Source of the DNA: Raillietiella orientalis
Lineage: Eukaryota
DNA length: 64,000 nucleotides
Direction: 5' to 3'
Assembly (NCBI GenBank): GCA_036172245.1
Contig: JAYWIR010000025.1
Location: 558,001-622,000, forward strand
In this document: piece after piece, positions 46,352 to 57,300 of the stretch
How the letters are laid out: every line of letters starts with the position of its first letter
Numbering within the stretch: position 1 is the first letter of the stretch
Notes under the pieces: generated by a model
Databases searched by the model: none
Seen by the model: only the letters and a program-made list of their open reading frames with translations
What the model was told of the DNA's origin: nothing
Program-made: the position numbers and the translations under genes

Positions 46352-49300
46352 ATGAGTGAAGGTTATATAACTTTCTTATGCCAAAGATGTGGACAACACC
46401 TGCATTTGGATTCTTCATATACAAATCTTGATAAGCATACCAGAGCCGAGTTATCATGTAAGTGCCTGTTTTTTCATGCCCTTTGTAGAATCTCACTCAA
46501 GTTTCTCATTGACCTTGTTTCCTCACAATGACCTGGTTTGTTTTTGTGGGAGAGGATGAAATGCTTAATGAGTGAACCCATGTAAGCCGTGAACATTAAC
46601 AGAAAATGTGAATAGTTATCTCATGTGATTAATCTTAGGTTCAAATTCGACTGAACAATTTTTCAGCTCCAGAGTGCATGCAGCAAAAGTACTGCCTGTT
46701 TACGGAAGAAGCAAGCATGCTTCTAGAGAATTCTTCTATGTGGATACAGAGTTTACATCTTTCCATTATGTCTTTCATGCAAATGAAGCCCACAAACGTT
46801 TGTTAGATTATAGCTTTATAAATGTAATTTACTGTATCTATTTTACTAATAGTGCTAAAGTTCCGAAATATGGTATCTTATATTTTCAAATTCAGTTTTG
46901 GAGAGAGATCCCATAAATTGTAATTTACATTATTGCAACTATACATAAGCATTCATTAATGATTGTAGATGTTCCATACCATCAGAATTAAAAACAAGAC
47001 CATTAATTCTCTGTGCAAAAAAAGATTCTGAGCCAAGTGATTGGTCTACAGTTGCTTGGCATTATATTCATAGAATCATCCCAGCATGTTTTGATTAAAT
47101 CTAAAGAAGTAAAACCATTGTCAAGGTAGACCTAAAATTCAGTTTGAACTTCATTTTGAAGATGATTCAAAGATGTTTTTGAAACATGAGTGCAATTAGA
47201 CAATGCAGGGAAATACAGGGAATTCACAAAACAGTGAAATGCATAAACAAAACTACCAAATTAAAGATAGGAATTTACAAACTTAAAATTATAGATTGGT
47301 TGAATTCAGTGTTGTTTTAAGTTAGTTTTGAGTTGAAAGTGGAAATGTTAAAAAAAAGAAAAGAAAAATTACCAGATTTTTTGTTTTCTTTGGATTGCTC
47401 TGAGAAAGAACACAACTCTTGATTAAGTTGTTTACAACAATCTAGAAAACTGAGAAAATGTAACTTGATTTTGTGCAAGTATATTGAAAAAAAGGGGGGA
47501 AATTTGACAGGGCAAGCATTTACCAGTGCAGATACATGTTGAGTAATTCATTGGAACTACCAAGTCAAATAATTTTTGTTGTATGATGAATCAGTAAAGG
47601 TGCAGCAAGACATGATTTGGAATGTGAAGGTTCTGAACCGTAATCAATTTGACTGGTATTTGCTTGATTGTATGCTTTTCCATGGATCTGATTGACATGC
47701 GCATTGCATAATGAAAATCAGCAAACATCAGAAAATCAGAAACATCAAACATCAGAAATGAATCCTGCATTTTTTTAGAAGGTGCTACATTTTAAAAAAA
47801 TAATTCAAGATTCTACTGATTTATAGTAGTAGTAGTTTTTTAGTTATTCTAGAAATAGTAATCCTCTAAATTTATAGGTTTCAAGTCACTCTTGTTTGAT
47901 AGTTATGAGAATGAATGTCTAATTTTGTTTTCATTTATTTTTGCTGGTCAACATACTCTCAACAAACTCTTGTGCTGTATCTTATTTTTGGAAAAAAATA
48001 CAATAGTTCTAGTTTTGTTAACAGTTAAATAAAATGGCATGTTCTATTTAGTATTGGTGATGCCAGCCTCAAATGCTGAATTCAGTCAGCAACAACTGGA
48101 TTTGTTGGATAAGCGTGATTCAGCATTAATATTGGAAGATTCAAGTGTCACCAACAGTTTTATGTTGGTTGGTAGCAATGGAGAACAGCACACTGGAGAG
48201 CCATTGTCATACAACATTAAGGTAAAATGTTTTGATATGAACTTTGTTTAACTAATCATTAAGGTAACCGTGGATTTATTCGATATGCTATCTGATACTT
48301 CAGAGATAGATCACCCACTGTGTCAAGACTGTGCTGATAATCTGATGCTGCTTTTAGAAGGACAGGTGCAACAGGCAGAACAGGAAATTAAAGAATATAA
48401 CAAGCTATTAGAAGAGCTAAAACTTAATCCAGTTCAGATTCAAATGGCAGTTTTGGAAAAGCAGTTGACAGAGGTACTTGAAAGCAAAGAAGTTCGTAAT
48501 CTTTTGAGAAGCTCCAGGAAGAAGAGAAGGAGTTGCATAAGGAACTTGCTGAAATAAAAAAAGAAAAAGAAAAAGTTCATCAGATTTGGCTAGAGCAGAA
48601 AACACTGCAACAAAAACTAGAAGAAAAAAAAGAAGAGTACATGAGGAAATTCAACAAATATACTGAACAATTACTCAAAGTGGAAGATGAAAGTCGCAGG
48701 TGAGTCAGATAAAAGAACTCCCATTTTAACCATCAAGGTATTGTTAGTTTGGATTGTTGCATGCGATATACACAGAGCAGGCTTGAAAGGTTGCAGAAAA
48801 CTAATATCTTCAATGCGGCATTTCACATTTGGTATAAAGGACCATTTGGAATCATAAATTCTTTTCGGCTTGGCCGTTTGCCAAATGTTCAAGTGGAATG
48901 GCCAGAAATCAATGCAGCTTGGGGACAAGCAGCACTTCTCCTGTCATCCTTGGCTCGTATGAAAGGTTTAAAATTTGAAAAATATCATTTGGTACCATAT
49001 GGAAGCCATTCTTTTATTGAGGCAAGTGCGTGCTTTCTACTATCTCACTCTAGTGCGATGTTTAGGTTGTGGGCGAGAATAAAAAGTTATCTTTATATAG
49101 CAACTCTAGTGTTGTGCTTCATATTTTCCTTGATAGTGGTTTTGATTCTGCTATGGTTGCCTTCTTGAATTGCTTACAGCAACTTCAGCAAGTTTTGGAG
49201 AAAGATAGTGAATTTGCTCTGCCTTATCACATAGATCGAGATAGACTTGAAGATAGAGCAGATGCAACCACATCATGTTCCATACGGTAATCTTTTAATC

Positions 49301-49437
49301 TTTAAACTGTAACTTTGACTGTCTGTTTTAGGTATCAATTCAATTCTGAAGAGAACTGGACTAAGGCTTTGAAATTTATGCTGATTAACCTGAAATGGGC
49401 CCTTTTGTGGATATCTTCCCAGCCCAATAAGCAATGA
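46352..49437 (+). CDS. BECN1: Beclin-1 / Atg6; 7 exons, 1275 nt, ~424 aa
   Basis: Exons 46352-46457, 48052-48221, 48264-48473, 48512-48699, 48748-49021, 49066-49286, 49332-49437. Motifs: N-terminal FLCQRC, BH3-like [23 protein letters not shown], coiled coil, [61 protein letters not shown]. Intron 5 is GC-AG. Confidence 0.95.
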
Positions 49438-49452
49438 ATGGGTGCTAATGAT

Positions 49453-50360
49453 TTATAAGGATTTCAGTTTGTCGTACAAGAACCAGTGCAGGCCAAACAA
49501 CAGTCCAGTGGCGCTATTAACAAAATCTCTTTTCAAATATGCGTGGGCTTCATCAGTGCTCATTGAAATGACTTCTATGAATTCTCCATCTTCAGTAGCT
49601 CCTCCACCTAATACAAGCAGTGGATGGATGCAGATTTCAAACGGATTTATTTACCTGAGCTCTTTTTCATATCATCATTGATTTTTGCAAAAAAGAGAGT
49701 ATGTGTAGAACTTGCTGCACCAACACCTCCTCTAAGAGATACATACATGTGGGCAAATGTGTATTTTAGATGGCTAACCTGTATGTGATAATTCTCTCAA
49801 GTTGTTCTGGCAAGATGTGATAACCACATTCTTCCCTTACCTCTTCACAAGCAGTTTCTTCGATGCTTTTGTTTTTATCGATAATTCCACCACAAAATTC
49901 GATGGTAATTCCTAATTCTGGGGGATATATGGAAGTATCGATACCTTGGCTATACTTGGAAATGAATCCATCAATGTCTTGGCTATTTTCCTCAGTCAAA
50001 ACACGAGCCACATATACTGCTAAAATGAGACATGCAAATAATCTATATTTTGTCTTTATTTTGGATGAACGATGTACCTGGTCTAAATTGTTTAACTAAA
50101 ACCAAACATTGTGTTGATTCATTGTAGAGGATGATGCTTACACTGTGAATATAACTGAATTATATTGAGAGATCTTGACCAGTTAATCTACCTGTTATGT
50201 ACAGTGAGTAGATCCCAGAATTTTTCCTTTCCATCCTCCAAAAGCATGGATTATTATACTTTACTTGTTTTTCACATACCTGTTTGTACAGCATTCTCAT
50301 AGCCTTTAGATAATTACTTTCTGTCAGAGGAGAGATGCGGATATCACCTATGTTTTCCAT
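49453..50360 (-). CDS. NUDT14: UDP-glucose pyrophosphatase NUDT14-like Nudix hydrolase; 6 exons, 663 nt, ~220 aa
   Basis: Minus-strand exons 50360-50280, 50235-50192, 50142-50078, 50019-49779, 49731-49655, 49607-49453 with 44-58 nt GT-AG introns. Motifs MENI.., WDLLTVHNSVSIIL, LVLVKQFRPAVY, GITIEFCGGIIDK..EETACEEVREECGY (Nudix box), YRGGVG, GGGATEDGEFIEV, LFGLHWF match the NUDT14 subfamily. Confidence 0.9.
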
Positions 50361-53300
50361 CTTAATGTATTGTATTGTGTTCCTATGCCTGATGAAGTAA
50401 TCAACATTACACCTGATTAGCACAGACGTTAACCTAATTAGTGTTATACATCTTAACATCAAGGATGGTCAAAGGGTTAATTGCTCAACTTGAAAGAGCA
50501 CCGTACCGTATTGTGGGTGGATTTTGGTGTGTATGTTTTTATAGCTTCCCGAAAAAGACATTGTCTCGTTTGCATCCTGAGGTAACGCAACGTGCAAATT
50601 TGCCAAACTTTATATTATGGAAACTCTGTTTAAACGGCAAGGCTTGTAACTCCAGGTTGCTATAAATTTTTAGTCATTGAAAAACGAGTGTTTGAAGTTC
50701 TGCGTTTTTTTTACGCTAGGTAGGAGAACTGTAAGGAGTTTCAAAATAAAAGTTTTCATTAACACAATCGGAAGAAAATATTTTGAGCCAGAATTTGCAG
50801 AGAATTATCGGGTTAATTGAGAAAATAACTAAAGCAATGGCGGAACTTTCATTTCATTGGAAGAGGGGGCGACAAAACACCCGGGCCTTTGCCAAGTGCA
50901 GTAACGTTACATGCCACACTGAGTATTCAGAATGGTCTGCCGGTTGTAGTCTCACCAACAAAAACGAAAACTTTTTTTGCAACCAGAAAGTAATCAAAAC
51001 GTAATGCAAGAACATTCAAGAATAGAAACATGGACTTCCCTACAATTTGTGTCCACCGGTCACCAAGAACGGCACATTGCTGCCGGAGGCGGCAGGACGT
51101 TAGGCGGTGTACTCTTTAGACGCAAAAAGGGAATTTTCACCAACACAACAGCTGTAAACATCTGTGAACTTATCAGTTCTTTAAGTAAATCGAGCTTGCC
51201 CCGAGCTTCACTGAAGGGTTCGGAATAGAAATGGAGGCGCGTCGCAGACACCGAGTCGACGGGGCCGGGTACCGCAATCCACTTCCATACTATCGGGAAT
51301 CTTGGCCATTTCTCGTTGGAAACTCGGCTCTTTCACCAAAGAAAGTCTTTCAGTCGCCCTACAGACGTTCAAATCCTGTTTGGCAACCAGGTGCCCGTGT
51401 GCATTCGGCTGCTTGTTTGCCATGAGCACATCTCATTCCCGAGTTTGGTGATTCAATCAGCCTGCCCACAGTATCTGCTTTTCAAGTTTGAAACTTCTTA
51501 ATTGGCCTTTCAGACACGAAGGGCATTTCTTTAGAGGATCGCATCGGATCACGTTTGCACGTCAAAACAAGAACTCTCTCTGGAACTTTCCATGTTGAAC
51601 TTGCCATCTCCCTCTTGACTTGGTTGTTTCACTTGACTGCGATTTCGATATGAGCTGGGGAGATTCATTTCATTTGATTCCTTTCCTGCTGCACGTTATT
51701 TCATCATCGATTTATTGATGATCACTAATGACCATTGAAATTTTGACTGAATTCTGTTCAATGAGCACCCGCGTCGGATCTTTTGTGTGCAGCTTTGTAA
51801 CGTTCATTAAGAAAACACCGATCTGCAGCAAGTTGGTTCTGGCTCTCCTGCACTCAGTCGCTTCTCCCTTGACGTGCTCATTTGGTGATGGCGACTTTGT
51901 GATCAAAAATGGTGTGAGGAAGTATCAGTAACCAAGTGTAAGAGGTATTTCCCAAACATGAATGGACTCGCACCTCTAACTCATCAATGCAGGGCCAGAG
52001 CAACACTGAGTCTCAAGTAATTAAATCATTCAAACACATGTTCGGCTCACGTTCTCCTTTATGTCTCGCCCGGCTCTGAGATCCCCTCAATGCTGCTTCA
52101 CGGTTCTCTGCTGAGAGATGACCTGGTGAACAGCACATTAACGTGTGCCATCCAGGACCCGTTCGCGAGTCGTGTAATGATATGAAAAATCGGCACGTAG
52201 GAGTCAGCTCTCTATAGACGTTCTGATTCCTAGAGTGCCTGCTTTTGTCCTAAACTCTTTCGTTCCCGAACAAATTGACTGGAGTGCATTCCGTGACGAT
52301 TACATGGTGTTAAAAGAGACTGACTCTGCGCCCACGGACGTTCGAATCTTCAGGTGGGATCGATCAAAAGAACGACTTGAATAAAACGGGTTCTGAAGAG
52401 ATTCAACCAAAGACATACCTGACTCGATTCTTTATGCTGGCGGTTAACTGAAGCTGTTAAACAGGAAGTCGGCTGCATTCTTGGATCCATGGGATGTGCA
52501 CACATATCTTGATGGAAAAACGTAAATCCATAAGAAGCTTTCGCGAAAACTTTTCGCGAGTTCTATGGGATATTCCTTCTTTCCAAAACATCCACCTTCA
52601 TCCAATGAGGATGTGGAAAGTCTTCATCCTAGTGATATTGAAGAATTCTAGAACAGCTTGCGTAACAGATGAAGAATGAACGAACTGTTTGTTCATTGAA
52701 CTTGCAGAAAATGGAGAACATCGACGTGCTTTTTATGCAGTCGACCATCTGTTGCTCTTACTAAGAGGCAGTTTGCGAATTCTGGAAAATCTTTGCGACA
52801 AAATCCACAAAATGCCCTCAATACAAGAAACTACAAATAACTTTTGGCCCTTCGGTGCATCCGAAAAGGTCGGAACTGAGGTATTTGCATTAAAGACTTT
52901 TGGGAAACATCTTCAAATGGAAAGTAAGAAAAAGCACGCGGTCAGAATCGGAACGAGCATTTGAAACGTTTTCGATCCGTACTCGTTTAAGAGGACGTAT
53001 TTTCTGTGCAGCTTCATCTTGAGAATGAAAAGAAAGCAGAGAAAGGACTGCAGGCTGAAGGGTTCGTTCCCTCTCACCCATCCAGGATCCGAGTAATCGA
53101 TGCTTATGGATGATGGTGATGACAGAGCGGTAGATTCTTCCCAGAAATATGAAAGGGAACCACAGGAAAATGCTGCAGCAACGAGTGCTGCGCAGAGTAG
53201 ACGAGGGGAACAACCATGTGCGCCGAAAGATCACTCCCACCACGATGTAGAATGTGTGCAATGTAAGCTCAATTTGCCGCTGGCGCTCCTGAACCAAATG

Positions 53301-53485
53301 CGGGAGAGTCTGGGTTGATTCTGAAAACCATCATCTCTGAAAGTCTACAACTTGAAAGTCTAAAACGAGGAAGGCCTAGTGAAATTCGAGTGCTACGGGT
53401 AAGTCCCCAAAGCGACGGTCAGCTGTGGACGATGCGACCGATCTTTGGAGATGGGGCAAGTCCAACATGTGTGGAAGAAGAGGGT

Positions 53486-54182
53486 GAGTTGCTCTTCCGG
53501 CCTTTCGAAGGCGCCGGCTTGGCAGGCTTGCCATCGATGATCTTCCTTGTCTGCACAGGCATGGCACCTGGATGGTACGACCCACTTTCTGAGGAGAGGT
53601 GAAATGGCATCAGCCTGGGAGGTCCCGCCTCCGGCGATACTCAGAGGCCCCAGAGAGAGGAAGGGACGGTTCGCCTAAGAGGGAGGACCTTCCTGGTCCA
53701 TCTCTCCCGCCCCCTCTCTCCCATGCTCCCTTCTTGAAGCTCTCGAAACGCTTCCTGAAAAAGCCCAGGCGGCCTCCTCCTTCCGCGTCCTCTCTCTTCT
53801 TCCTCCTCTTTGCTGCCTCTGGTGTCTGTCCCTCATCTTCCTCCTCCTTCGTTGTCGCCGTCCTCCGAACGCTCCTCCCATGCTTCCCCCAAATTTCCCT
53901 TTTTGTCTTGCCCCATCCGGAGGGACGGCAGCCTCCCTTCCCCCGTGGTCGCCCTCTCTTCGGCGCCTGTAGGGGGTTGTAGGGAACAGCGCTGAGAGCT
54001 GCGCAGAGGGCTTTTGTTCAGGTTGGCGCAGAAGAAGCAGAGAAGTGCTTAGGGTCCATCCCTCTTCAGAAAGGGAGACCCACATCCGACTGTCGCGTAT
54101 CTATGGAAAAGAGGACGCCATCTCCACCCCCGATGGCAAAGTCTGCCAAGCCGGTAGCTTCGAAAGGCCGGAAGAGCAGCTC
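53486..54182. repeat. ~52 bp inverted repeat (53486-53536 / 54131-54182), probably two head-to-head copies of one element
   Basis: gagttgctcttccggcctttcgaaggcgccggcttggcaggcttgccatcg versus the reverse complement of cgatggcaaagtctgccaagccggtagcttcgaaaggccggaagagcagctc; additional short match around ctttctga. Confidence 0.8.
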
Positions 54183-55719
54183 CAGTCCGCACCCTGGGGA
54201 GACAGACTTTTCCGCGGAGGGATGGGTGCGCGGATGAGTGAAGTTCGGACCCGGTTTTCTCTGCCCCCCCTTAGGTGGCAGCTCGCAGTTCCCGGGGGGA
54301 GGAAAGTCCAGGGTTAGCACCCTTTGTGCGGTCTCGGGAGCGCACGAGTCGTCTTTCCTCGAACAGATCTCCCGCTACTTTCCTCCGCCCCATGAAAAGC
54401 CAGCCCTCTTTCGCAGTGACTTCGCCGCGAGGGCTCGCCGGGGAGACGCGCGCCTTTCTCCTCCTCCTTCCCCCGGCTGCTGCCACCGCCGCCGATGCAT
54501 CCATCTCTTCGCCCCGCCCCCGTTTGAGTTCCTTCGGGTGAACCCGTGTAACGAATGGGGTGGGTGGGGAGAGGAGGGCTGGAAGAGCTCCGGGCTCGTT
54601 GCCCGCCCTGGAACGCGCGCGTGCCTCGTGCCCTAGACGGCAACTTCTTCGGGGCGATCCGCGTCCGAAAAGCCGAGCTCCTGCGTGGATTCACGACACG
54701 GCGACTCCTCTCCCCCCCTTTCCTTCCTTCGTGAATTTTTGCGAAGGGATCGTCCTCTCCTCCCTTCCTATGCTCGGCTTTTCTGGCAAGAGAACCTTTC
54801 GTCTTCCCCCTTTGGGGGACAGTTCCCTCCCTAATCAAACCCAGAGATCTCGGAAAAAAAAAAAAAGGGTGCGATGCAGAATCTCACTTCAATGTCCCTT
54901 ACAACTAGTGGGGGCTGTCATGCTGTTTGCAAACGGCAGGATTTGGGGATGAGAAGGAAAAGGGAGGGGAGTTGCGTCAGCGTGGAAAAGAATTCGCATC
55001 TCCCCGGAAGGAACTGGTAATGCTCATTCTCTTTTACACGAATGCACATCCCGAGTGGTCCCATCTCCTGCCACACCGCTGCAGCCCTCCGAATCTCCAG
55101 CACGGCCCCGCCGTGTTCGTGTCTCGCGAGGGAAGCTTTTTGGAGAGGGTGGCCCAGGCAGCGACTTCGCGGAAAAGTCAGCAGATGTCACCGAAAGGCA
55201 GCATGTGCATGCATAGCTGTGGGCAAGGAAAATGATGGCTACAGACTGCTTAAGAGCTCTTAACCTGCCAGGAAGTCCCCAGGGGGACCGCGGAGCACAC
55301 AAGGCAGAGCACATGGAGCAAATTGCAACACGATGCGACAAACAGGAATGCGTTTTTAAAATTAGAAATGCAACGCGAGCCCACTTTCCGGGATGCTAAT
55401 TTTCCCCAGGCCGCTGTCAGGGAGACGCGGATGGGGAAGTGACGCAACAATGGCGCCGATTCCAACCTCTGCCATGTCTGACCAGGCCACGTGAGGCGGC
55501 GAGCAGCCTGCGACGAGGAAGCGTTTGGGAGTGTTCTGTCATGCTGCAATGTTGTCAGTGTGTTCCTGAACAGGCGCCACCGCAATTCCCAGGGAAAACG
55601 CTAGAAAAATGTACAGCCAAACACAAGGAATGTTTATTTCCCTGGAACCTCTTTCGTGCTGCATGGAAAGTGGCTGCTGATCCTCTTTGGAGGACCTCTG
55701 TGCATGCCGCGAGCTCCTA

Positions 55720-55860
55720 AAGTCCAGCGAAACTTGGGAGCGTGAGTCTCCCGATTTTCAGACATAGGAGCGAGCACTTTGCGCCTCGATGCGGAATTGA
55801 GGAGTCCATCCATTGGTTTATCTTTCCGTGGTGTGCTTTGTGCATGACAGGGTCAAGGCA
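55720..55860 (+). mobile_element. Decayed RT-C-terminal zinc-finger relic
   Basis: SLPIFRHRSEHFAPRCGIEESIHWFIFPWC resembles LP..RL..CPRCG.EESIxH....C. Confidence 0.35.
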
Positions 55861-56989
55861 GCCTTCTTGATGCGTGCGCGAGTGGTGGTAAGAGGAGGAA
55901 GGTAGCAAAGCAGGCCATGAATTTCCCACCGACTGGAAACACAGAACAAGGACTTGAAATTCCGTGGAAGATCAACTTCCCCTTCTGGAGGTGGATGAAT
56001 CGGGAACGCATCAGGAGCAGGGCGACTTCTCTCCCTTCTCCTCCTCCTCTTCCCGCCTCCTGCTTACCATCCTCAAAACCCTTGTCCGGGTTTTGCGGGA
56101 ACTGACACGCGCCACGCGTGCTTCCCCTCATGCTTCTCCATGAGTTCATGCACGTGCATTCCCGAAACCCGAGAGTGCACGAGCAATAGGGGAGGACTCT
56201 CTGCTGCAAGGGGAGGACGAGATGGAAGTGATGCAGGAGAGCGCTCCCATACCCAAAGGGAGAGGAAGACGACGAACACGTAGCGCGCAGATGGAGGCAA
56301 ATGAGGAACTCCAGGATGCTCTTGAGGGTCTCTGGGCTCCCGGCCTCGTCCTCGAACCGGTCGCCTGCGGCACTGCACTGCAGAGGAAAAAACAGTGCAG
56401 GTTTTTTCTGGCGTTTCTGGCGAACAGCAGTCACGTTGTGGTGATGCGATGGGGAAAGGAGTGAGCGTTCTTTTCCGATCTCTTTCTTTGCGAGTCCGAC
56501 GTTGGGTGGTCAGGAGGGAGACGATCCCAGAACCTACAGATCATGGGCTCTCCCCTCGCTATCATTTCTCCTAAGGAAGAAAGAAGCTAAATTGAGCCCC
56601 AAGTCCCTTTCTGAAAGGAATGGAAAACTCGAGCTCCGTCCTCTTCTCCCTTTCCTCCTCCCACGCGCCTATATCTTCATCTCGGAGCGACTTTTGGTCC
56701 CAGGCGCTAGGATGCACACCCAGCCACGAGCGCATGATGCTTGTTTCTCCTTCTCTTGCTCTGGTCTTGTGTCTCTTAGCAGCAGCAGCACCACCGTTTT
56801 TCTTAGCCACTCGTCTCACCCCAGATATGTCTCCGGAAGAAGCCTCGATGCGTAATCCCAAAGAGATCATCTCTGAATTCACGTCGACTACGCTTTCGAT
56901 CAGCAAGAGGCTGCTGTCCTGCACGTCTGGTTGCTACCTCTGGTGGACAGCGGGAGATGTGTGCCCTTCCAATCTTCTCTCCCTTTCGA

Positions 56990-57300
56990 GGTGCGTCTTC
57001 CGCGGGCAGCGCTGTCGGGGAATGCAGGGTCACACCACTTTTGGAAAAATGTAGAACATCCCCACCAAATCGAAGTTGCCAGAGCGACAGCGGCGACAGC
57101 CTTGGGCACGTCTTGGCACACGGATTTCCGAGACGCAGCCATGTTCCCCCTGGCATGGAGACCGGCAGTATGCAGATAGGGGGCGGATAATACAGGTGGA
57201 TTCCATCCACATCGGATGTGCCCAAAGTTGGAGGTCGACCGCCTCGGATGTTGTTCCTCCTCTCCTTCTCTCTCCTTTTGTTTCTACTTTATTTTCCCTC
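56990..57300 (-). mobile_element. Decayed non-LTR ORF1 zinc-knuckle relic
   Basis: DVDGIHLYYP / YCRSPCQGEHG..GCRRCRSG across a frameshift. Confidence 0.35.

Noticed and set aside
50474..50520. tRNA-like 5' half with a GCTC/GAGC D-stem
   Set aside because: No T-loop or B-box and no acceptor-stem partner; not a tRNA, at most a decayed relic.
51060..51430. Minus-strand open stretch (KWPRFPIVWKWIAV...)
   Set aside because: Bounded by stops, no family recognised; possibly a TE relic but unsupported.
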